From: Planctomycetota bacterium
Lineage (GTDB): Bacteria; Planctomycetota; UBA8742; UBA2392
Length of the DNA: 64,000 nt
Direction of reading: 5' to 3'
NCBI GenBank assembly: GCA_027493625.1
Contig: JAOSKM010000001.1
Location: forward strand, 1,812,657 to 1,876,656
The position numbers and the translations under genes are program-made. Under the pieces are notes generated by a model. That model saw nothing but the letters and a program-made list of their open reading frames with translations. It was not told the origin of the DNA and did not search any database. Numbering within the stretch: the first letter of the stretch is position 1; every line of letters begins with the position of its first letter. Positions 22,427 to 30,743 of the stretch are shown here, in pieces.

Positions 22427-23914
22427 ATGGTGCCAACGCAGCCGGCAGAATATTTACGACTGATGCTGCCGCTTTTCATGGCAGTATTGCTTGCCTGTTG
22501 CACATGCCCGCCGAGTGTTGATCATGAATCAGTGCCCGCTTCCGAGTCGGTGACGTACGCATATCTGCTCTACAATCGAGGGACATGTTTCGGGTGGCGC
22601 ACTGAGAGCGTCAATTATGAGAGTGTGTCAGGCCAAGTGTTGCTAAATACGAGAATTGAAACGGTCGTCAAGACGCAAGATGTATTTTATCGCGGTAGTA
22701 CGATAGACCACTCAGTCATGAACATTACGCAGACTAGTGCAGGCCGTTTCGTTCGGATCAATCAAGCCGTTGATAACGGACACCAAAATCGACGTACTGA
22801 AATCGTGTGGCGTGGCGAAACGGTAACCATGTCCCGCTACCTCGATGGGTCCGTCGCTTCTGTTGATGAATTGCCGAGAGAGGTTTTGCCAGACGCCGAG
22901 ATATGGCCTTTGGTACTTCATGCAGTTGGTAAACATCCTCTAGTCACTTCAATTACACGCAGCATTTCTAGAAGCCCCGTTCCACCTCTACCATTGCCTA
23001 ACGCTGAGTGGCTCTCAGTTCGACTCAATGGAATTGAAATCACTTGCGCAGCGAATGACGCCGGTACGGCTGTTTTCGCATGGTTTCCTGACGGAACTAC
23101 TGCTCGACTTGTACCTCAAATACCAGCCGAGTTTGAGCCAACTGTGCTGCACAGGAACGGGATTGTCCCTGTGGATCGCACCATACAGCAGCCAGAGGAC
23201 CTGCTTAGGCTTACAATAGTAGTTCCCGAAACACCTCAAGTAAGAAAAGTGGCTGGTGGTTTTGAGGAATGTGGGCGCGAGTACCAAGATGTACACATTT
23301 CGGTGCAAGGAGTTGTCATCACACTTAAGGCGGGCTTCGGCACGACATTCGACATGGAGGTACCGTTCCCGCTGCCTGCTATCCCCGAAACGATTAGCGG
23401 CTACTTGGGTCCCTCCTTGCTGTGCGAGTCCGATGACCCTGCAATAGTCGAGACGGCTCAGATGTTGGTTGCGACGCATACTTCTGCCGCCGAGAGTGCC
23501 AAGGCGCTGGGTGAGTTTGTGTATCAGTACTTGGCAGATGATTCTGCAAGCGTTACGAATGCCAGTGCAAGGTATGCGTTACGCAATGGGCGTGGCGATT
23601 GTACAGCCCATGCTCATCTGGTTATTGCGTTGGCACGCGCCGCAGGTATTCCCGCGAGGCTTGCGGGCGGACTGCTTTACGACTCCACCGAAGAATTCGG
23701 CGCAATCTTCGCATTTCACTCGTGGGCGGAACTGTGGCTCGGAAAATGGACGCCGGTTGATGCGACATTTGGTCCGCGCGACTTCCCGGCCCGCTATCTT
23801 CTCCTTGATTACGGCCACGACTCCAGCGATCTTGGTGACGGTATTCTACGCGCTCATGCGTGGGTGTGGTCGTCCTTAGGCGCCAAAGTGTTGGATTACG
23901 AGTATCGCAGGTAG
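22427..23914 (+). CDS. lipoprotein with C-terminal transglutaminase-like cysteine protease core
   Basis: The ATG abuts the previous TAA. The lipobox is LLAC/C. The Cys-His-Asp core reads GRGDCTAHAHL...FHSWAELW...PVDATF. It has the lowest GC in the window. Confidence 0.7.
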   Translation: MVPTQPAEYLRLMLPLFMAVLLACCTCPPSVDHESVPASESVTYAYLLYNRGTCFGWRTESVNYESVSGQVLLNTRIETVVKTQDVFYRGSTIDHSVMNITQTSAGRFVRINQAVDNGHQNRRTEIVWRGETVTMSRYLDGSVASVDELPREVLPDAEIWPLVLHAVGKHPLVTSITRSISRSPVPPLPLPNAEWLSVRLNGIEITCAANDAGTAVFAWFPDGTTARLVPQIPAEFEPTVLHRNGIVPVDRTIQQPEDLLRLTIVVPETPQVRKVAGGFEECGREYQDVHISVQGVVITLKAGFGTTFDMEVPFPLPAIPETISGYLGPSLLCESDDPAIVETAQMLVATHTSAAESAKALGEFVYQYLADDSASVTNASARYALRNGRGDCTAHAHLVIALARAAGIPARLAGGLLYDSTEEFGAIFAFHSWAELWLGKWTPVDATFGPRDFPARYLLLDYGHDSSDLGDGILRAHAWVWSSLGAKVLDYEYRR

Positions 23915-24242
23915 CTCAGTCCCACGGCGCAACCCCACGATCTATTGACCTGTCAATAGCCGCCCGGCGCCGGGCCTGCCAGGCCGCATCCGCGGCGCCG
24001 TGAGGTCGAGCCGTGGGGCTGGATGACTTGACTTCCGATGCACGGTATTGCTATCCTTACGTGGCTGCAAATAGCCGCGCACAGCGGCCCATGTAGTGCC
24101 GGTCTCCGCTCGTTGTACTGCTTGCGGCGACCACCAGAACAGTTGTTGATTTCGGCCGGGCGGTTTGCCCTGGGTTCGTGCTTGGGTTGTTCCCGGCCGT
24201 TACGCGAATCGGCGTGTCACTGCGCCCAGATAAGGAGAGCCC

Positions 24243-25712
24243 ATGTCCATGCGAGATCATTCGGCAAAGCCGAACTTGCCGCAGAAAAGCACTGCTTTTC
24301 AAGGCAAGTTCCAGGTCTACAGCAAGCAGCACCTCGAGACCTTGCCCCAGCTGCAGAAACTGACACCCGACCACCGCCTGGCCATGCGCGCCGTGGCGGA
24401 AGTGCTGCCCTTCCGCGTGAACAACTATTTGGTGGAAGAGCTGATCGACTGGGACAACGTCCCCAACGACCCCGTCTTCCAGCTCACCTTCCCGCAGCCC
24501 GGCATGCTGGCCCGTGAAGACTTCGGCCTGCTGTGCGGCATGCTCAAGCGCAACGCCCCCGCGGCCGAACTGGCAGCCGAGGTCAAGCGCATCCGCTATT
24601 CGCTCAATCCGCACCCGGCCGGGCAGAAGTCGCTAAACGTGCCGCACGAGAACGGCCAGCCCGTGGCGGGCATGCAGCACAAGTACCGCGAAACGGTGCT
24701 GTTCTTCCCCATGGCCGGCCAGACCTGCCACGCCTATTGCACCTACTGCTTCCGCTGGCCGCAGTTCGTGGGGCTGGACGACATGAAGTTCGCCAGCAAA
24801 GAGGCAGCCGGGCTGGTCGAGTACCTGAAAGCGCACAAGGAAGTCACCAGCGTGCTGATCACAGGCGGCGACCCGATGATCATGCGCACGCAACTGCTGC
24901 GGCAATACGTCGAGCCGCTGCTGGGCCCCGGGCTTGAGCACGTGGCAAGCATCCGCTTCGGCACGAAGGCACCGGCCTACTGGCCCTACCGTTTCACCCA
25001 GGGCGAAGACGCCGACGACCTGATGCGCCTGATTGGCGAAATCCGCGCCGCGGGCAAAGACGCGGCCATTATGGCCCACTTCAGCGTGCTGCGCGAACTG
25101 CAGACCGAGGTCGCCCAGGCGGCCGTGAAGCGGCTGGTGGGCGCGGGCGCGACGGTGCGCACGCAGGCGCCGCTGATCCGGCACGTGAACGACAACGCGG
25201 ACAACTGGGCGCAGATGTGGCGCAAGCAGGTCAGCCTGGGGGCGATCCCGTACTACATGTTCATCGAGCGAGATACCGGGGCGCGCGGCTACTTCGAGGT
25301 GCCCCTGTGGCGCGCCTACATGATTTTCACCGAGGCCTACCGGCAGGTGACCGGCCTGGCGCGCACGGTACGCGGCCCCAGCATGAGCTGCACGCCGGGC
25401 AAGGTGCTGATCAGCGGCGTGGCGGAGGTGAAGGGGGAAAAGGCCTTCGTGCTGAAGATGCTGCAGGGGCGCGACCCGGCCTGGGTGAACCAGGTGTTTT
25501 TCGCCAGGTACGACCAGCGCGCGGCGTGGATGGATCAGCTGAAGCCGGCCTTCGGCGAGCAGGAGTTCTTCTTCGAGGAAGGCATGCGCCAGATGCTCGA
25601 AAGCGGCGAGGCGCGCGTGTGGCTGCCCACGGAAGTGGACGCCCTGGAAGAAACCTGGCGCATGGAAAGCGTAGAGCCCGACCACGAACACGACCGCAAG
25701 CGCGACAAGTAG
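24243..25712 (+). CDS. KamA-family radical SAM protein (lysine 2,3-aminomutase-like), paralog 1
   Basis: AAGGAG RBS. The CHAYCTYC (CxxxCxxC) cluster lies within AGMQHKYRETVLFFPMAGQTCHAYCTYCFRW. The stop TAG is inside a GTAG-REP. Confidence 0.8.
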   Translation: MSMRDHSAKPNLPQKSTAFQGKFQVYSKQHLETLPQLQKLTPDHRLAMRAVAEVLPFRVNNYLVEELIDWDNVPNDPVFQLTFPQPGMLAREDFGLLCGMLKRNAPAAELAAEVKRIRYSLNPHPAGQKSLNVPHENGQPVAGMQHKYRETVLFFPMAGQTCHAYCTYCFRWPQFVGLDDMKFASKEAAGLVEYLKAHKEVTSVLITGGDPMIMRTQLLRQYVEPLLGPGLEHVASIRFGTKAPAYWPYRFTQGEDADDLMRLIGEIRAAGKDAAIMAHFSVLRELQTEVAQAAVKRLVGAGATVRTQAPLIRHVNDNADNWAQMWRKQVSLGAIPYYMFIERDTGARGYFEVPLWRAYMIFTEAYRQVTGLARTVRGPSMSCTPGKVLISGVAEVKGEKAFVLKMLQGRDPAWVNQVFFARYDQRAAWMDQLKPAFGEQEFFFEEGMRQMLESGEARVWLPTEVDALEETWRMESVEPDHEHDRKRDK

Positions 25713-25851
25713 GGACACGCTGCCGCGTGTCACGCACCACAACCGGGGACAGGCACGTTCCGTGCCTGTCCCCATTCCGCGTTCATGGCACGTAGGGACA
25801 CGCTGCTGCGTGTCCCCGGATGGCGGGCAGGGACACGCGGCCGCGTGTCCC
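25709..25851. repeat. cluster of four REP family A hairpins
   Basis: Hairpins at 25712-25733, 25745-25773 (GGGGACAGGCAC-GTTCC-GTGCCTGTCCCC), 25795-25817 and 25830-25851. Confidence 0.9.
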
Positions 25852-25929
25852 GTTCGGTGTCGCATGCACCGGTATACTCAAATGGTCGACGGCGGAGTGT
25901 CCGCCGTGCACCCCATACCGGAGGTTGCC

Positions 25930-26412
25930 ATGCAACCCGAAACCCAGGCTGGTCTGGAAACCAGCAAGGCCTTCCTGAAAGACAGCATCGAACTCACCCA
26001 CCTGCTGCTGAAGCAGCAACTGGAAGCGCTGCAGCGCGGCGAGCAGATCGACTGGAAAACCGCCCGCGAACTGGTGCGCGAAGGGCGCGCCTCGGCCCGG
26101 CAACTGGCGCAGATCGCAAACCTCGAGCTGCGCGGCGAAAAGCAGGCGCAGGCCAAGCCCCGCCCCGAGCCGGTGGAAGTGCCAAGCGAGCCCGTGCCGC
26201 AGCTCAACCTGCCGCAACAGACGCTGCAGGAGTTCGCGCAGTCGATGATGGACTGGACCAACGCCCTGCGCGAGGCGACGCCGGGCAACATCCCGCCCCT
26301 GCCCAGGCCGGCGCAGGAGCTGATGGAACGCGTGGGCCTCGACCCGGAGCGCGACGACAGCCTCGAGAAGCTGTTGCGCATCCTGGAAGGGCAGCAGGCG
26401 GTGGCAGCGTAG
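25930..26412 (+). CDS. hypothetical helical protein (160 aa)
   Basis: GGAGG lies 6 nt upstream of ATG 25930, inside ORF 25762-26412. The protein is Gln/Glu/Leu-rich and helical, with no recognised domain. Confidence 0.45.
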   Translation: MQPETQAGLETSKAFLKDSIELTHLLLKQQLEALQRGEQIDWKTARELVREGRASARQLAQIANLELRGEKQAQAKPRPEPVEVPSEPVPQLNLPQQTLQEFAQSMMDWTNALREATPGNIPPLPRPAQELMERVGLDPERDDSLEKLLRILEGQQAVAA

Positions 26413-26414
26413 AG

Positions 26415-26514
26415 CCCCGGCGGAAACGCCGGGGACGCCCGCCGAGTCTGGCGGGCGAATCGAGTCGCTCTCACGCGGCAGAAGCGCCGCGTGCCCCCGG
26501 CGGAAACGCCGGGG
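26415..26514. terminator. four-hairpin block between convergent genes, bracketed by two identical GAAA-tetraloop hairpins
   Basis: ccccggcg-GAAA-cgccgggg occurs at 26415-26434 and 26495-26514. The inner hairpins are at 26436-26457 and 26472-26493. Confidence 0.6.
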
Positions 26515-26522
26515 CTCGAGTA

Positions 26523-26972
26523 CTAGCGGCCGGCGCCTTCTACTGCGGCGACGAAGTCCTGCGGGTCTTTGAATTCGCGGTAGACGCTGGCGAAGCGTAC
26601 GTAGGCGACTTTGTCGACGCTCTTGAGGCGGTCCATGATCATTTCGCCGATCACGCGTGTGGGTACTTCGCGCTCGAACTTCTTGCTGACCTCGTTCTCG
26701 ATCGCGGTCACGATGTCGTCGATCTGCGCGGCGCTGACCGGGCGCTTTTCGCAGGCACGCTGGATGCCGTAACGGATCTTCTCGCGGTCGAAGGGTGCGC
26801 GACTGCCGTCTTTCTTGATCACGCGCAGGGGAGTTTCCTCGATGCGCTCGTAGGTCGTGAAGCGCTTGTGGCAGGCCAGGCACTCGCGGCGGCGGCGCAC
26901 CACGGCGCCGTCGGCCGAGGAACGCGAGTCCACGACGCGGTCTTTGTCGACGTTGCAGAACGGGCAGCGCAT
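26523..26972 (-). CDS. nrdR: transcriptional repressor NrdR
   Basis: MRCPFCN...CLACHKRFTTYE zinc ribbon plus an ATP-cone. The start is at 26972 inside ORF 26523-27077. Confidence 0.9.
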   Translation of the reverse strand: MRCPFCNVDKDRVVDSRSSADGAVVRRRRECLACHKRFTTYERIEETPLRVIKKDGSRAPFDREKIRYGIQRACEKRPVSAAQIDDIVTAIENEVSKKFEREVPTRVIGEMIMDRLKSVDKVAYVRFASVYREFKDPQDFVAAVEGAGR

Positions 26973-27150
26973 GGGATCTCCGGTCTGGTCGCGGGAGGGG
27001 GATCGCAACCAGTGGTGTATGATCGGGGATGCTAGCAGGTTGGTATGGCGGATTCGACGGTTCGCCGCTGCCGACACACAAAATTTTGTGGTGGTGGGCC
27101 ATTCGCGCCAAATCTAACCATCCAGTTACACCCCATAAGGACCCCCTTGG

Positions 27151-27186
27151 GGATTTTGGATTTTCGATGTTGGATTTTGGATTGGG
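27151..27186. repeat. heptamer tandem array (GGATTTT-type, 5 units)
   Basis: Reads GGATTTT GGATTTT CGATGTT GGATTTT GGATTGG. Confidence 0.85.
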
Positions 27187-27318
27187 TGGGAGGCGGCTCA
27201 CGAATCGCTGGGCCGTCCCTTCCGTTTCTCCGTTAGGAGTAGGGGAACTGTTCCACTACATTCGTAGACAATCGTGCGCCGCAGCGCCTGGGCAGGCCGT
27301 GGCTTTGTGAGGACTCCG

Positions 27319-28927
27319 ATGCGCCGGACTCTGCTTGCCCTTGTTTGTGCCTTTAACTCTCGTAATGGCTTTTGCCTGGCCGGTCACGGACGCCCAGGGC
27401 GTGCCCATTCCCGGTGGCGGGCGGTTCCCCGGCGGCGGCCGAATGCCCGGCGGCGGCGGCCAGCAGCCCCAGGGCTCCGAGGGCGACTGGTACAACCTCG
27501 GCCCCATCGGCGGTAAGGCCACCATGGACGGCCAGACGCTCAAGGTCGAGAACGTCTTCGAGGACGCCCCCGGCGCCAAGGCCGGCCTGCAGGTCGGCGA
27601 CGTGATCACCGGCGCGCCCGCCGGCTTCAAGCGCGACGCCTACCATGAACTGGGCGCGGCCATCGAGGCCGCCGAGGCCCAGAAAAAGGCCAAGAGCGCC
27701 GTGGTGAAGCTCAGCATCCAGCGCGGCGGAGCCGAGAAGACCCTCGAGGTGCAAGTACCGGAGTACGGCAAAGACGCCAACGACTTCCCCGGCGGCAAGA
27801 TGCGCGACGCCATCGTGGACAAGTCACTCGACTGGCTCGCCAAGCAGCAGCAGGGCGACGGCGGCTGGGAGTGCCACCTGTCAGGCGAAAACGGCCGTTG
27901 CGTGATGACCAGCCTGTGCGGCCTGGCGTTCATGGCGGCCGGCAACACGGCGGCCAAGGGGACCTACAAGAAGAACGTCGAGAACGCGGCGAAGTTCGTG
28001 ATGGCGAACATCGGCAAGGAAAGCGCGTTCGGCGGCGGCGGCGGCGCGAACTGGAACCAGACCAACTGGGGGCTCGGCTACGGCGGCATTTTCCTGAGCG
28101 AGGTGCAGCACGCGTCGCCGGTGCGCGGTCTGGATGAAAAGCTGAAATGGGTGGCCGAGACCATCATCGCCAACATGGAGAGCAGCGGCGGCTTCGCCCA
28201 CGGCCCGGGCGGTCCCAACGCGCTGAATTACCTTGAGCTCGAGATCGTCAGCAACTACTGCGTGGCGGCGCTCGGCGGCGCCAAGGCCAACGGCATCGAC
28301 GTGGACGGCAAGAAGATCGAGCTGATGCTGGAGTACATCCAGAAGTGCGGCGGCGGCAAGGGCGGCGTGGGCTACAGCACCCGCCAGGGCCAGGTCGGCT
28401 GGGGCGACCCCGGCCGCACCGGCGGTGCCATGATGGCCTTCGGCGCCGTGGGTCGCGACGACCACCCGTACTACAAGCCCATGAGCGCTTTCCTGCAGGC
28501 GAACCTGCGCGACATCATCGACGGCCACGTCAGCCCCACCATGCACCACTTGAGCGCGGCCGCGGCCTGCTACCGCGAGGGCAAGAAGGCCTGGGGCGCG
28601 TACTGGGAGGCCCAGCGCCAGGAGTGCACCATGCTGCGCAACCCGGACTGCACGTTCACCGGCCGGCCCACCAAGGAAAGCGCCCAGATGGGGCGCAACA
28701 ACGACCTGGACCTGGGCACGGTGTGGAACACGGCGCACTGGGTGATCATCCTGTGCCTCGAGAAAGACAACCTGCCCGTCTGGTTCGGCAAGTCAGGCAA
28801 AGCGAAGAAGCCCGAGCCCGAGCCCAAAGAGCCCGACCCGGTAACCGGCAAAGAAGACAAGCCCAAGCCGGAAAAGAAGCAACCGGAGAAGAAGAAGCCC
28901 GACATCGACGACATCCTCGACGACTAG
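27319..28927 (+). CDS. secreted PDZ-domain protein with prenyltransferase/terpenoid-cyclase-like alpha-alpha repeats and Lys/Pro/Glu-rich tail
   Basis: PDZ segment GAKAGLQVGDVITGA. Repeats include LDWLAKQQQGDGGWE. The ORF track starts at TTG 27335, but ATG 27319 has an ideal GAGGA-5nt spacing and would give the signal peptide MRRTLLALFVPLTLVMAFAWPVTDA if one C of 27338-27340 is extra. Confidence 0.65.
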
Positions 28928-29085
28928 GGCGTAGCGCAGCGAACGTGCCTGACCGGGAGCGCAGGCTTCCAGCCTGCAATTGGCGCACGCGTCCCGCGCG
29001 CGCCGGCTGCGGTCGAGACGACCGCAGCAGATGGCGGCAGGATGCCGGCGCTCCCATTGCGTGGAGCGGGCTTCCAGCCTGCCGG

Positions 29086-29108
29086 TGCGGACGGGACGTC
29101 CGCGCTCC
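29086..29108. repeat. REP family D copy (TGCGGACGGGACGTCCGCGCTCC)
   Basis: 22/23 identical to the reverse complement of 35316-35338. The hairpin is gcggacg-gga-cgtccgc. Confidence 0.8.
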
Positions 29109-29140
29109 TGCTGTGTCGCGGCGCTTGCTATGCTGCGGCG

Positions 29141-29973
29141 ATGGGTGGACGGGTCTACAACTCTGACAACCTTGAAGTGCTGCGGAGCTTGCCCGATGAC
29201 TCCGTGGACCTGATCTATATCGACCCGCCCTTCAACACCGGCCGGGCGCAGACCCGGCGCTCGATCAAGGTTGAGCCTGACGCCGCCGGCGACCGCACCG
29301 GCTTCAAGGGCGTGCGCTATAAAACCACCGAGCTGGCCGAGCGCGCCTACGACGACGCCTTTGAAGACTTCCTCGAGTTCCTGCGCCCGCGGCTGGTCGA
29401 GGCCCGGCGCGTGCTCAAACCAACCGGCTCGATCTACTTCCACATCGATTACCGCGAGGCCCACTACTGCAAGGTCTTCCTGCTGGACGCCATCTTCGGC
29501 CGCGACTGCTTCGTCAACGAGATCATCTGGGCCTACGACTACGGCGGCCGTCCGAAACGGCGCTGGCCCGCCAAGCACGACACCATCTTCCTGTACGCCA
29601 AGGACCCGGCGCTCTACACCTTCAACCAGGACGCCATCGAGCGCATACCCTACATGGCGCCCGGCCTGGTCGGCCCCGAGAAGGCCGCCAGGGGCAAGCT
29701 GCCCACCGACGTGTGGTGGCACACCATCGTGCCCACGGCCGGTCGCGAGAAGACCGGCTACCCGACGCAGAAGCCGCTGGGCGTGGTGCGCCGCGCGATC
29801 CAGGCCAGCAGCAACCCGGGTGATGTGGTGCTGGATTTCTTCGCAGGCTCAGGCACCACCGGCGCCGCGTGTATAGAGGAAGGCCGCGAGTTCATCCTGG
29901 TGGACAACAACCCCAGGCCATCCAGGTGATGCGCGAAAGGTTCAAGGACGCGAAGGGCGTAGAATGGCTGTAG
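29141..29973 (+). CDS. beta-class DNA methyltransferase (DPPF motif; probably N6-adenine), orphan, C-terminus displaced by a 1-nt frameshift
   Basis: IYIDPPFNTG (motif IV) precedes DFFAGSGTTGAA (motif I). The ORF ends at 29929, but ..VDNNP|QAIQVMRERFKDAKGVEWL* (TAG 29971-29973) is restored if the C4 run at 29911-29914 is C5. Confidence 0.75.
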
Positions 29974-30077
29974 GGGCCGCCCGCAGTCAGTAGCGCAGGC
30001 GCCCCGCCTGCACAGGTCGTGGGCGCCCCGCCCACGACAGAATTCACGAAAAGGCGCCATGCCAGGAACGGACTACG

Positions 30078-30629
30078 CTAATCCACCCACTCCGGGGTTT
30101 CGCCTTCCTTGGGCTGCTGCTGGACGCTGCTGAACAGCTCGATGGTGTTGCCCATGGGGTCCTTGATGGTCCAGCCCCAGTAGCTGTTCTGGCGCCAGGT
30201 GGGTTTTTCCGTGGCGGCGGGCAGGTCCACCTCGCGCACGCGCTTGACCACATCGCGCAGCTCGTCCTCGGTGTACTCGAGGCTGAAGCTCATGAGCGGC
30301 GCGGAGTTCTCGGGCGCTTCGCCCGGCTGCCAGGCCCAGCGTTCCTCGAAGGGCAGCTCGCTGTCCCAGCGGAAGAACATCAGCTGGAAGCCCTCGGTGT
30401 CGTAAACGGCCCAGCCGAAGTTCTCGTCGTCGCGGAAGTTGAGCTCGGACATGCCCAGCACGTCCGAGTAGAAGTCGCGCATCAGGCCGACGTCGTTGCA
30501 CATCACGTACAGGAAGCGCACGTTGACCTTCGGCCCCGGCTGCTCGGCCAGCTCGTCAATCGCGGCCTCGGCTTTGCCGGGCTGCCTGCGCTCGAGGCTC
30601 TTGGTCTTCTTTCCGCCCTTCTTCGCCAT
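30078..30629 (-). CDS. VOC (glyoxalase/bleomycin-resistance fold) family protein
   Basis: GGAG RBS. Start MAKKGGKK at 30629. The layout FLYVMCNDVGLMRDFYSDVLGM...WTIKDPMGNTIELF fits a VOC fold. Confidence 0.6.
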   Translation of the reverse strand: MAKKGGKKTKSLERRQPGKAEAAIDELAEQPGPKVNVRFLYVMCNDVGLMRDFYSDVLGMSELNFRDDENFGWAVYDTEGFQLMFFRWDSELPFEERWAWQPGEAPENSAPLMSFSLEYTEDELRDVVKRVREVDLPAATEKPTWRQNSYWGWTIKDPMGNTIELFSSVQQQPKEGETPEWVD

Positions 30630-30743
30630 GGTGGTCTCCCCAGAACTATGAACCACGTCACCCTCACAAGCAAGCCCCACAAACCAGCAAGAAGCGATGA
30701 TGGCCGGCTCAGGTCGGGTGTCCGCGACGTACGTCCCCGCTGC

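Noticed and set aside
23915-24242. att-like direct repeats or a tRNA marking the island boundary
   Set aside because: I found no tRNA-like sequence and no convincing shared repeat of 12 nt or more between 20447-20677 and 23915-24242. There is only a small palindrome, ctattga-cctg-tcaatag, at about 23941-23958.
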